Shown here piece after piece: positions 1 through 13,275 of a DNA stretch of 59,788 nucleotides (position 1 is its first letter; the number at the start of each line of letters is the position of its first letter). The notes beneath the pieces are model-generated. The model had not been told where the DNA came from and made no database searches. It saw only the letters and a list, made by a program, of their open reading frames with translations. The stretch is from Vitrella brassicaformis CCMP3155 (Eukaryota > Protista > Chromerida), in NCBI GenBank assembly GCA_001179505.1, contig CDMY01000519.1:1-59788 (forward strand), written 5' to 3'. The position numbers and the translations under genes were made by a program.

Positions 1-195
1 TCTCTCCACCCGTTACACAGCAATATACCCTAGCTCACAAGCTCGCAGTGGTTCGTCTTGCCAAGCTGGCAATCCTGACACTCTGTTAATTAATCCACAC
101 ATAATTGAGACTCCCACCCACCCACCCACCCACCCACATACATCAAAAGCAAAAAACAAGAGGTGAAAGACTGTTGGTGGCCAAAAGCTGCAACC

Positions 196-232
<37 letters not shown>

Positions 233-298
233 GCGTGTAATGTTGGTTTCACATGACGCACACGCACACGGGTCAGCCGCCTGGCTGGTTCCATGCAA

Positions 299-2343
299 TT
301 ATGCGTTGATGAGGGTCACATCATGGTGTGTGTCCGCCGGCTGCCTGTGACCTGACGTCCGCATCCTCGGCTGCTGCTGCTGGTGCTGTGGAGTGGGGGT
401 GTTGGCTGAGACGTGGCCGGTGCTCAACATGTCGTTGATGCCGCAATCCCCCATCTGGCGTTCGTTAACATCCCAACCACACACGTAGCGTGGCGTTCGT
501 GTCAGGCCTGTGTGTATGTATTGTATTGTGTCTTTACTTTGATTTTGAAGTATCCTTTGTCGCCCCAAGTATCGTTCCAGCTGTTGAGCACCAGCCAGTA
601 CTCGACGCCATCCTCCACACCCCACCTACACCCACACACGCACGAACATTCATCCAGGAATCCGACCCTCCCTGTGCCAGTCAGTTCCCTCCCTGTGCTG
701 CCTGCCTGCGTGCGACCTCCCCTCACCCACATACCCGAGTATTTTGATGGCGTGTCCGCCGAGCATCCTGCCTTTGACGTGCTGGTACACACCCGACTTG
801 TAAGTCAGGAAGTCCGAATACACAGAGAACGCACCCGTGATGGGGCCGTTCTGCACACCACACGCCCACATAGACACACAGATAAGTTCGAACCACTTAC
901 TGTGAGTGTGTCTCTGTGACAGACACCTCACCTCCATGATCTCTCGTTTGGCCTCATCGACGTCGAACAGCGTGAAGGCCTCGTACGCCTTGTGCCGGTC
1001 CTGTGCGCACGCACACACACACACGAGAGACCATGAATAGCACGTGCGTCGCGTCCCTGGGGGGGGGCCATGCACCGCACCCACACAGACGGATAGTCCA
1101 TCCACCTCACCCACCTGGTTGAACTGCTCGGTGTAGTTTGTTTCAGAGCATTTGGCCATGCACTTGGGGGTGCTCTGCTCGCCATTGCAGGCCGGGTATG
1201 GGCCTTTGACGTGGTGAGAACACTGAAGGGACGGAGGATACCAGCCAGCCAGCCAACCCACGCCAATTGGATTGGACCCTGTGTGTGTGGTGCGCTTTTG
1301 GTCTGTCTGTCTGTCTGTCTGTGCGAGTGACATCAGATCCCTCCCTCGTACCATTGGAAGTTGGTAGGGCCAGCAGGTGTCCCCCGTTCCGATGTCGCCA
1401 TAGTCACCACCACTCACCACACCCTGCGGTGCAAACACGCCGGCAGGACACGAACGTGGGAAAGAGTGTGGCTCGTGTGTGTCATGGCGACTGACTGACC
1501 ACTTCAGTGAACCACTGCCATGCGAGTGCGGGCTGGCCACCGTCACAGCCGAAAGAAAAACAATGAGACTCGTCGCAGCAGCTCGTCGTGTCCTGCGGGG
1601 ACAGCAGCGTCTGGAACGAACCTGGAACCTCACACACAACACACACACACACACAGAGTGATCAGAGAGAGGGGGTAAAACCTAGATCCTTTCTGTCCTG
1701 TGTGCCCACTTCACTCACCGTTGGTCTTGATGCACATCCGGTCGTTGAAGGCCTCGGTGGACGCAAATGCCCAGCAGCTGCCACACTCGGCCTGGTCTCT
1801 TACGTGCCCAATGACATCCTTGCACTCCGGCCACCTCTCACGGGCGTCAAAGCTCTCAGGCAGCGCATCCCTATCGACCGGCACTGTGGGCTTCTTCTCC
1901 TGAAGGTGGATGTACTGGTCGCCCACAAAGGTGCCCATGAGCCGCCTGGCGTCCTTGACCGACATCTGACGGAACCGAGGGGGGTTCTCCGCCACCCAGG
2001 TGGTGTCGTGCTGGGTGTTGATCTGCCGCGCCATGGCCTCATACGAGGCCGGCCTCGCCTCGCTGAAGGCCGCCTCGCAGATGGCCTGCAGGCTCTCGTC
2101 CGTGAGGAAGTTGTGTTTGCCGGCGCCGATGGTGCTTGGAGGGAGGGCGTCGATGGCGTGTCGTTTGAAGTGCGCAAAGTAGAGGCCGATCTCATCGGGT
2201 GTGAAGGTGCTTGAGAGTTGTGGGGTGAAGAGGCGCCTGAAGCACTCATCGAGCTTGACATCCATCTCCTCTCGGTTGTGCAGGGGCACATCAGCGGCAG
2301 CACCAGCCACAAGGAGGACGACCACAGCCACACGGGACACCAT
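299..2343 (-). CDS. CTSB: Cathepsin B-like cysteine protease (C1A), spliced, with signal peptide and long propeptide
   Basis: [17 protein letters not shown] signal. Motifs [10 protein letters not shown] (catalytic Cys), CSHH occluding loop, GGHAIKILG (His) and [19 protein letters not shown] (Asn). The 3' end is tentative. Confidence 0.93.
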
Positions 2344-2582
2344 CTTTTCCCAAACCAACGTCGGGCCTACAGGGCTTTGCTCGGCGAGAATTTGCGACGT
2401 GAGACAACCCGAATAATTTACGTACTCCTTGACGCCCTTGCGCTGGCCCTTTTCGCACATACGACGTCGCCCACACCATCCTCAACTACATCATGGGCAG
2501 CAACGTCGGAAGCTGGCACAGCTGAAGCTGCTCTTCGATCTAGCGCGGCACAACCCCCTCATAGCCCATCGTCAAGCTGGCA

Positions 2583-5237
2583 ATGGTGAGCCGCCCATCC
2601 ATTGCAGCACCGACATTTCCCCATCCATTTTTGCCTTTCCGGTCAGGCCAAGTGCACAGCAATACGCGGCGACCGTGCAGCAGAGAGCGAAAGAAGACCA
2701 CCTGCAGGGGCCATCCGGGACAACGAGGCCGAGCGCAGAGAACGAGAGATCCTCAACAAGTACACACACGGCTTATGAGTGCACTGTACATGAGGAACGG
2801 CACGCATCTGCTGGTCTTCTTTGTATGTAGGCGGGTCGATGAGCTGGAGACCATGATAGCCACGTACAAAAGAGATCAGCACAAAGTAAACACGCTATTT
2901 GTCTGGGTGAAGGCTGGAAGGCGAGAAAGAAGTGGCGAAGAGGGCAGCAGCCGGCATCGACACCACGCCCACTCAGGACAAGAAGATGATGACGCCCGCC
3001 GAGATGCAGCGATACCTGGACGACTATATTGTCGGTCAACAAGCTGCAAAGCGGGCCGTCATCCTTGCAATCAGTAATTATCACTGATCTGCTTCGTGCT
3101 GCTTGTTGCATTTCAAAAGTGTGTGTGTGTATATGTTCAGGAAACAGGTAGCGCTGGGACCGACAGCAAGACCCCGAAGGCCTCGCAGAGGAGCCCCTGA
3201 TGAACATTCTCCTCAAAGGTCCAACTGGCAGCGGCAAGACAGAGGTGAGGACACTCACCAGTCACATTTTCCATTTGTTGTCGTCTCGTTTTCATTGTCT
3301 GCAGCTCGCTCGACGCCTTGTATCAATGGTGGATGCGCCGTTCATCATCACCCCGATAACCCAGTACACCTCCGTGGGCTATCGGGGTCGAGATGTGGCC
3401 GACATGGTGAACAAGCTGATGCAGAAGACCGTCAACAAAATGAACGCAAATGGCGCACAGGCTCAGGTAAGACAGGAGAACAGCAACACCACTCTTACTC
3501 ATTGTCATCCGTTGTTGGGCCTTGTATTGTCGACTGCAGCTGCCGGAGCCGGGAGATGCACTTGTCAGCCATGGACACACGCAAATATGCTATGAAAATT
3601 GCATGTCTTCTTTCACCATTCGTTTTGCAGCAACTCGCCACCGGCATTGCAGCAGCTCGACATCGGTTTCTCCCACCCTCATCAAGGCGGCCATCAAAGA
3701 AGTCGAGACCAGAGGCATCATCTTCATAGGTATGCATAATTATGCATATGAGAATTATCTTATGCGACTAGATGAGATCGACAAGATTTGTAAGCCTCAG
3801 GTGCGAGAGACATGCAAGAGACATGCGAGAGACATGCGAGAGACTCGTTTGCACACTATGTCTTTCAGAACGAAAGGACGGCCGGGGTGGACGTGTCAAG
3901 AGAAGGTGTACAACGAGATCTCTTGACGGTGATAGAGGGATCAAACGTCGACACCAAATACGGTGAGCAGGTCTCATCATGCGCTCAATGTGCTCTCTCT
4001 TTGTGTGCATGTGTCGTGTGTGAATTCTGTATGCCTAGGGCAAGTGAAGACGAACAGGATGCTGTTCATCGCGGCCGGCGCCTTCCACAACGCGCGCCTC
4101 GAGGACATGTACAAGGAGCTGCGAGCGCGATTCCAGAAAATAGTGGAGATCCGTCTCGTCGTCTGTGACACGGAAGGCAAGACATACCTCGTCAAGTGGG
4201 CGGTGAGTGAGAAAATGGGATATGCAGACAGAAAGGCGGCAGCAGGCAGGCGAAGAGAACGGCGGTTGACCTCGTTGTCGTGTATGTATGTGTAGGGCCA
4301 TCCTCCTGAGGGCTGTCCCGGCACGACTTGGATGCACGAAGAGAATGTTGACCTCACATTGCCTGCGCACCTGTAAGTGAAGGGCCGGCTGTGTGTATCC
4401 ATACATACACATACACATACACACACACACATGTCTGCGTTGGTGTGTTTTGCGCATTCATGTAGGTCGCGGTCTCCCCGCTTATTCGCAGACATGAGGA
4501 ACGAACGTCGTGCAATCGCACGGATGACCAAGGACGACGAAAACGAAAACGGTGCACACACACACGCACGCACTCACTCACGCCAATCTGAGTCATCACG
4601 TGTGTGTGGTGTGGTGTGGTGTGTGTGTGTAGGAAGAGGACGACTCCGGCCACCGCCGTAAGACGGTCGAGACGCAGTGCCTCTTCGCGCGCCTGGGGGC
4701 CATTCTCATCTTGCACCTGAAGCGCTACGGCTTCAACAAGCACACGGGCGCATCCAAGAAGGTACGATGGCTAAAGACACACACAGAGAGGGAACGAGAC
4801 GTTGTTCATTGTGTTGTGGTGGTTGTGCTGTGCTGTGCTGTGCAGTTGAGGCACATGGTGACCTACCCGGAGAAAGTCGTCATCTCCGACAAGTGGCTCA
4901 CCAAGTGAGTGGGATCACGGAGGACACACACACACACACTGGTCTCCATCCATCCGTCGCATCGACTTTTGCATTTATGTCGCCCGTGTCGTGTGTGTGT
5001 GTGTGTGTGTTTGTCTTGTCAAGTCGTTCCTCTCCAAGTACGTGTTGTGTGATGAAGGCAAGGCCAAGCACGGCAGCAGATCCAGCCAGTCAGAGCCGCC
5101 GCCCTTCGGTCGTTGCAAGGTCGGCAGCAAGCGCATCAGGACCTTCAAGTTGCTCGCCGACCGTCGACATCCGCCCCCACATGGCGCCCCGCGCTCTCCT
5201 CAACGAGCAGCCCTCGGCGTCCTCCTCATCCTTCTGA
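2583..5237 (+). pseudogene. Chimeric HslU(ClpY) AAA+ / chromo-like / partial USP gene; contains an in-frame TAG and out-of-phase distal exons
   Basis: HslU exons: [97 protein letters not shown]. Then YLVKWAGHPPEGCPGTTWMHEENV, then ILILHLKRYGFNKHTGASKK|LRHMVTYPEKVVISDKW. Start and end are tentative. Confidence 0.7.
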
Positions 5238-6602
5238 GTGGATTCCGCTCTCTTGCTGTCTGTCTAGCTGCCTGTCTGTCTGTCTGTCTGTCTGTCGCCT
5301 CTTCGTGTGTGTGTGTGTGTGTGTGCGTGTGTGAGTGGCTGTTTGCGTGCGTGGGGGGCAGGGGAGAGGGGGGCATGGGGGCATGGAGTGCAGAGAGAGA
5401 GGGTGCAGGTGACATGGGACACGACGATTTTTCCTGTGTAGTGTGGGACACAGGACAAGGGGAGGGAGGAAGAAGATCGACAGAAACGCTGTCTACATTT
5501 TATATCGTCGAAGGACAGGGACCATACGCTTTCTCGCGCTCGCCATGTGTGTGTGTGTGAGGGTGCGCATCGCTGGCTGCTTATTTATATACATCGAGGG
5601 AATGGACACCTTGACAGGCGCACATCAACAGAGTTTGCTCGTCTGTCTGATGATGTATGCATTGCATGGGGTTGTCGGCACGGGGACGGTCGACTGCATT
5701 GGAACTTGAGGCAACAAGACCGTCACACACACACACACGCAGATGCAGTCAGTGAGTCAGTGTGTTGATTTGAGCACGTATCGACAACCAGACAACCGCG
5801 GGCAGACAGCCACTCCTCACCCACTCAGACAGACAGACAGACAGACTGGTAGGCAGGCAGGCAGACACGCCATTGCACACGTACACACAACTAGGGAGGG
5901 AGGGAGGGAGGGAGGTGGGGGAGAGGCAAAACTCTCTCGTCAATATGTCTGCCTGCCTGCCTGCCAGGACACATCGATATCCATCCATCCGTCTATTCAT
6001 GCCCAGCCGCCGGTCACACACATGAAAGACAGCAGGTGCTTGCTAGCTGGTTGACCGGAGGGAGGGAGGGAGGGAGAGCGAGCGAGAGAGAGGAAGGCAC
6101 TAGACGAGAGGAGGGAGACCTACCTGTAAAACGGGAGCTAGCCTCACCTTCTGACTGAGTCTGTTGGTTGCCCTTCCACCAAACCCAGCGAGTCACTCAG
6201 AAGGCACAAATAGCTTGTTTGTTTGTGACGTGAAGCAACCAATCCATGCAATCAATGCACACCAACATGACCAGCCCCACTCACTCACTCCACAGCCAAC
6301 GCCTTCCTGCCTTCCTTGGCGTCTCTCTCTGTCTTGGCACTCGGCTGACTAAAACGCACGCACAACTACCGCACCGCACCGCACCTCGATCGTCTTCACT
6401 CCGTGTGCATTGATTGCATGGGCCGTGTGCGTCGAGTGCTGCCCTTGCCCACACGACACGTGGCTGAACGCACTCACTCTGGGCTCAGGCACGGATGAGC
6501 TGCGGCAGCAATCGCACACGCGGCACGCACAACTACCCCATGAACCGATTCATTCGTTCATTCCCCCTCATATATGCGGCAGTGTGCTATCTATCCATCG
6601 CG

Positions 6603-9600
6603 TCAGCCAGCTCCTGCAGGAGGGTGCCTGGGCGGCTTGTCGGGCAGGTAGCTGATGTCGATGTTGCGGTCCACGTACACCAACATGGACGCGTTGTAGG
6701 CCTCCAACACCTAGGCATACAGAGGGGGAGGGGGGACCACAGACATGGCCATGGATGCGCTCACTCATCCATGCAGCCACCCAGCCACCCACCCTGTATT
6801 TGTCGACAGACTTGACCACACTGTCGTCGAACAGATACCTGCACACACCACGCACCGCGCAGACACAGACAGACAGATATGAGGGCATCCGGATATATTC
6901 ATTCATTCATTCGTCTTGTTGTGTGTGTGGTGTGCGTGTGGTTGTGCATGGAAACAAGCATCCGTCCATACCATTCCTTGTCGTTTCTGACGTATGCGTT
7001 GTAGTGTCCGTGGCTGAGGGTGGTGCCGTGGTGCTTTATCACTGCCGTCAGCTCGTACTCCGGACGATACACACCCTCGCCAACCCTGCACACCACACGG
7101 TGGACCCACATCCACATCCACATCCACAGTCACAGTCACAGTCACAGACAGACGATGGATGGGATGGATGGATAGACACCCGCCTGCCTGTCTGTCTGTC
7201 TGTCTCAATGCATCCCCCCATTGTTGTGTTGTGTGTGTGTACCAGTCTTCCTCGATGACGAGCTTCTCCGGGAAATCGACCTCCGTTGACGACTGCACTC
7301 ATACACACACACACAAGGAGGGAGGGCAGGGCGTGACGGTTGGACCGGTGTTTCCTTCCTTCGGTTTGTTGGCTGGGCTGACCTTGGACGATTGGTTGGT
7401 GGCCTTGTCATACTCGTAACGCAGAAACGTCACCAGCAACACCTGCACGTCACGTGACGCACCGCACCCAGCCATGCCATCCACAACACATACAACCAAC
7501 ACAACGTGTGTTATGTGTGTCCGTGCATTGCCTCCGTGTGCTGTTGTTGTGGTTCACAGTGGTGTGTGTACTGACGGGTGGTAGGTATGCGAAGGTGGTG
7601 TGTCGTGTGAATCCGCCCGCCTTGGCGGGCGACTCGGGTGGCGGCTCCTCCGCACTGCTCGACGCTGTGGGCTTGCTGTCCACCTCCTCGCGGAGACACT
7701 CACGGGCGATGCCCTCACTACAGACACACAGACAGATTTACACGGGGAGTGGACGGACAAATGGACACGACACGCGCAGTGCGGTCAGTCAGTCAGTCAG
7801 TGAGTCAATGAGATGAGGCTGTGTGTGCTGTCTGTGTGTACATGAGGTTGAATCGTTTGCCGTCTTTGGGTGTGTCGATGTGGATGTGCAGCTTCCACAT
7901 GAACTCGATATGCACACTCCCGTGGTCATCGTCATCTGCAGCCAAACCAGGCCACACACAGAGGGGGGGGCATTTATCCATCCGTCGTTCATTCGAGGGT
8001 AGCTGAGTGAGTGAGGGCGTGTGTGTGTACCTTCCTTGACGGCCTGCTTCGTCACGTCTGCCCTCTGAACAATGCCGAACAGACTGACCAAAGAGGCACA
8101 GCACCCAAGAGTGTTTCATGCCATGCGCCATGTGTTTGCTGTGTAGACACACACCACACCACAAGTGCCCCCCTCCCACCGCTTGATAGGCGAATCCTCA
8201 TTCTCAATGTCCCTGACGTATGCACACACACACACACACACAGACAAGATCACACGCGTGTGTGTGAAGGTCGATCCTCCCCCGCGAGTGCGTGTGTGTG
8301 CGGCCATGGAGGCAGTTAGCTTACTGGACGACGAGTCCCTTCTTGTCAGGGGCCGTCGGCTGCGTGTGGGGGACGGCGGCAGGGCTGTCACCCAAAGTCT
8401 CCCTCTGATAGACATTTAGAGAGAGCATCCATTCAATGCATTGGACGCACACAAGAACCGATTTGGTGTCGGATTGGATATCCCGCGGGCGGTCGGTGGC
8501 TCAACTCAACACCACACGGGTGCGTGCTGTGGTGTGCTGTGTTTGCCTTGCCTTTTTCCATCTGCACTCCTCGTGCAGCGAGTTGAGCAGGAAGATCGTG
8601 AACTCGTGCACATCCTGCTGGCTGTCTGCACACACATCACATCACATCACATGCACACACACAGAGGAGAAAGAGGTAGAAACAGTACAGGAATGTCTGT
8701 CAGACTTGTAGCTGGCTGCACTGACTGACTGACTGATTGCATCTGATCTGCCGTCCCTCCATCCCTCCCTCCCCCGGTCCGGTAGGTAGGTGGGTACCGT
8801 ACCCATTTCATTAGAGTGCTTCTGTGCGTATTCCTTCCATGCCAGTAGGACAGGCCCGAGATATGCCGTGGCTGAGATAGTGCCCCTCCCCTGGCCCTTG
8901 CCGCCCTTGCCACCCTTCCCCACAGGTTGGAAACCATCCGCTGTGGCTGGGTCGGCTGACACACACACACACACACACACAGAGAGAGAGAAAGAGAGAA
9001 TAAATACACACATTGATCCATCTGTGGCTGCGTGTCGTGTCGTGTCGTGTGGTGTGGTGTGGTGTGGTGTGCCTTACAGCGGCTTTGCTGACTGACCTGT
9101 GCCCTGTTGTTCCTCCCAAGCCTTGTCTATTTCTTCCTTGAGTGCGGGGTGCTCAGCGAGCACATCCCGTGGGTGGTAGAACTGCCGGAACAGACCCGCC
9201 AGGCACCGATAAAAGGTGCGACGACCGGGGCCAACCTCCTGCACACACACACACACACATGATGGAAGGACACAGTCGAGGACAGGCACCTGCCTGGCTG
9301 CCCATGACAGGACTGACATACACAACTCACGTACCTCGTTAGAGAGTGAGAGGAGCATGGCCAGTGGCGAGATGGGCAGAAGCGACTGCACCACCTGGGG
9401 GCACACATCACATGCACAGACAGATAGACAGACCAGCGAGACCCAACCAAACCAGAAGGTGCCGTCGTATGGTTGTGCTGTGGTGCATTTGGTGTGGTGT
9501 GGTGTGCAGGTGACTGACTGACCGAGTTGACGTAGCAGAAGTTCTTGCTGTTCTTGAGGCCACGGCGGGTGTAGCGCGGCATCGACGTACACTGCCAACA

Positions 9601-12600
9601 TCCCATCCACCCAGCCATCACTCAGATATGCATGCATCACATCGGAATGGATGGACCCGACCCACTCGCTGTGTGGCTGTCTGTCTGGCTGTCTGTCTGT
9701 CTGGCTTTCCTTGCAAACTTACGCTGGTGAAGGAGAAGAGTCGTTTGAAGCTCTCCGACCCCTCCGGGCACTGTGTCTCCATGTGCTTCTCAGCCTGCAT
9801 CCAACATCACACCCACACCAAGGCCCATACACTCACATGTGTGTGTGTTCCTGGTTGCGGCATCCAGCCAGCCAGCCAGCCAGCCAGCCATACCTCGAGG
9901 AGCCTGGCGCGCTCAATGAGCGGCCGTCTCCTGAGCTCGGCCAGCAGGTGCTGACGCCGGGGATGCGTGGCGATGTCCCGCACCAGCAGGAAGTCCAGCA
10001 CGCTCAGGCCGAGGCTGGATATGGTCACCCTCAGGTGGCACATGACGTAGGCCTTGAAGTAGTCCTCCGAGAGGCTGGCGGTGAGGGCGCTCAGGGTGTC
10101 CTGGCTGGGCACCTCCGAGGGGCCGCCACGCACCTTGTCGGCGAATGACATGCCTGGTTTACCGCCCCACGCAGGCCCGCCGCCGCTCCGCAGCGAGCTG
10201 CTCGGCGACGCACCACCGCCACCACCTCCCGCACTCAAGGCGGGCGAGGGCGCGGCAGCGGCACCACCACCACCACCACCCCCACCCCCACCCGCCGCAT
10301 CCGCAGCTGTCCATGCTGTGTACTGTTGCTCGGGCTCCTCGTCTTGGTCGGTGTCGACTTGGTCTGGCGCTGGTGGTTCTTGTTGCGCGTTGAAGGTGTG
10401 GTCAGCATCATCGGCCGGCGGGGGGAGGGGTTGGGGGGGTGTTGGCTGGTCTGATGGAGGGGGGAATGGGGGTGCGTCCTGGGCCTCGCCATCCTCCTCT
10501 TGGGGCTCTGCAGCAGATGCGTCCACGACCGTCCGCTGCTCCTCGTCACCTCCTGCTGCTGCTGCCGCTCCTGCCGTGGAATCATCCTCCGCCAGGGGTA
10601 GCTCCTCTTGGCCACTCGCCTCTGCGGCTTGGCCGTCTGGTGCCACCTCATGGCCCACCATGCTGCCCTCCATGATGGACAAGGGTGGGGGTGCACGTGT
10701 CTGGCCAGGTGGCATCATGAATGGCGGCGATGGGAGTGTGTCAGGTGGCTGGCTGCTGAGGTTGGCAGCTCGGTGTCTGCTGCTACCCCCGCTGGATGAC
10801 GAGCCTGACTGGTCCAGGTCCACGTATATGCCCCCGTTGGTGTGAATGATACCCCCATGGCCACGGTCCTGCTCGTAGTGGGGCTGCCGGCTGGGCGTCG
10901 AGGGGTGGTCACCATCGCCACCGCCATCTACTGCACCACTCTCGCCCTCCTGACAGACAGACAGACAGACAGACATCAAGGACGACAGACAGACATGGAT
11001 GGACACAGACAGACATGACCATGAATGCGCTCACTGCACTGATGGTGTCAAGCTTGTCTATGCGGCCGGCAAGCCGGCCGTGCGTCCCCCTCTCACCTAC
11101 CTCGGCCTCATCCATGCCTTCGTGCGGCGGCACTTGCAGGCTGACCGGCACCGGACTCACATGTGCAGCTCCCCCCTCCCCATCGGCCGGATTGGGAGGG
11201 GGTGGGTGTGGAAGTGGTGGGCCCTGACTCACACTTACGTGGGGGGGAGACATATGGACGTATGGCGCATGCGGCTGCTGATGCATGGCGCCCATGACCA
11301 CATTCTGCAGACCATACGGCGGTACGTCTGCACCAACACCAGCGCCGCCACCAAAGCCGTTGGTCGGATACTGCACGCCACCATCACCATCACCACCACC
11401 AGGAGCAGGTGCAGCAGCAGGTGGTTGGACCTGCAGAGGCACCGGCATTGGGCTGGTGACCTGGCCATGTAACTGCTGGACGGGTCCCCCTGCCCCGCCG
11501 TCGAAGGGCATGCCCATGGTGCTGAGAGGTGGAGGTGGGGGGTAGGTAGTGGGGTATGAGACAGGGTGGTGGGTCCCACCCACTGGCACGGCCCCTGGGT
11601 GGGGAAGGGGGTGGTGAGGGTGTTGAGGGGCAAGGTGGGGATGGGGGAGGGGGGGNNNNNNNNNNNNNNNNNNNNNNNNNNNNNNNNNNNNNNNNNNNNN
11701 NNNNNNNNNNNNNNNNNNNNNNNNNNNNNNNNNNNNNNNNNNNNNNNNNNNNNNNNNNNNNNNNNNNNNNNNNNNNNNNNNNNNNNNNNNNNNNNNNNNN
11801 NNNNNNNNNNNNNNNNNNNNNNNNNNNNNNNNNNNNNNNNNNNNNNNNNNNNNNNNNNNNNNNNNNNNNNNNNNNNNNNNNNNNNNNNNNNNNNNNNNNN
11901 NNNNNNNNNNNNNNNNNNNNNNNNNNNNNNNNNNNNNNNNNNNNNNNNNNNNNNNACGGTGGAGAGGGGTGGGGGTGGATCGGGGACGGAGGGGGGAACC
12001 CGTAGTCCATCGGGTGGGGCTGACCCAATTGGAATCCTGACGCGTCACCCGGGGGTGGTGCAACGGCCTCTGGTGGCATGTCACAACTTGCCTGCGGGCA
12101 GAAGGAAGGAAAACACACCAACCAAGACCAAGAGCAGAGCACATGTCAGTCAGTGAGGGAGGCTCCATGGCATGCATGGCTTGATTGATCCTTGGAAGGG
12201 GGGTGCGGTGGGGTGCGGTGGTGGGTACCTGAGCGGCTGCAGCGGAGCTGTCAAGGGGAATGGTGGTCATCATCGGTCCTTCAGCCACTCCCAAGTGGCA
12301 CCCACTGCTGATCTCACTGCTTGGCAGCCCGTCCGACACCCTCTGGCTGGCTGCCGCCACCTCAGCGTATTCCACGTCACGGTGCGAGTGACCATGACCC
12401 AGTGCATCTTCACCGTGTACTTGAGCTGACGACTCCTGACGCCCACGGCCCCGCCCCGCCTCGTCGGTGGGTGGGCCTGGGCCACCGGCTGGCTGGTGGT
12501 CTGCTGGCGGTGGCGATGGGTGGTGTGGTGTGCGGTGGTGATGTTGTTGAGGTTGAGGCGGCATCCCCTCTTGTGGCGAGACATCGACGCCATTGAGGAG

Positions 12601-13275
12601 GGCAGCACGGGGAGGGCCATCAGAGTCACCCGATGCCGACGGCGCAGACGCAGACACGCCGTCCGGCTGCTGAACTGGACCGACTTCAGACGCTGTCGGC
12701 TCACGGTCACGATAGGCGTCGCTCTCAGCCACAGATGCCCCCATCGGTGAGACGCTCTCCACCCCATTGTGGCCCCACCCGCTCGTCAGGATGGCTCCCT
12801 CGCCCTCGTGGTCACGGCCGCGGTCTTCAGTACTCCTGCCGGCACTCGATGACGCGTCATCTGTATGTGAGGCCCGTCGGCGGAGGGCCGGCTTCCATGG
12901 CTGCTTGGGGGCCGGCTGCGGAGGCTTCTTCGAGTGCGTTCGGTTCATAGCGTGAGTTAGCACAGAGTCAGATGACGACGGGGCGGCGGGTGCAGGGGCC
13001 GCTGATGCCGCTACGGATGGTGCCGATACTGGTGCGGCCGGTGGTGGGGCCCCTCCCGTGGCGGCCTTGGTCATTCCCTTGGTCCACACGCTGCCTCGTG
13101 GCTGGCTGGATGAGGGCTGCCTGCCGCCGCCGCCCAGACTGGGAAAGTGGTCAGGACTCAACTCGGGCGACTGATCCTCCCCTTGCTGCTGCCGCTGCTG
13201 TGGCTGTGGCTGTGGCTGTTGCTGTTGCTGTTGATCGGTGTCTGCCGGTTCATCTCGAGAGCTGCTGCCGTTCAT
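6603..13275 (-). CDS. Ubiquitin-specific protease (C19), USP10/Ubp3-like, with long Gln/Pro/Ala-rich N-terminus; spans an assembly gap
   Basis: Cys box RGLKNSKNFCYVNSV (~9525-9570), QQDVHEFTIFLLNSLHEE (~8570-8620), VDFPEKLVI, His box YELTAVIKHHGTTLSHGHYNAYVR, YLFDDSVV, final exon NASMLVYV...GAG*. Confidence 0.85.
11656..11955. other. Assembly gap (300 N) after a G-run
   Basis: N run seen directly. Confidence 1.

Noticed and set aside
3149-3151. Genome-wide reassignment of TAG
   Set aside because: TAG is the normal terminal stop of the ADH fusion, F-box and CNOT9 genes in this window.
3800-3845. GAGACATGC(G/A)AGA-type tandem repeat as CRISPR-like or regulatory
   Set aside because: About three short units with no spacers, inside an intron; an ordinary minisatellite.
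10909-13275. 788-aa ORF as an independent gene
   Set aside because: It reads through a 300-N gap and introns; it is the low-complexity N-terminus of the USP gene.
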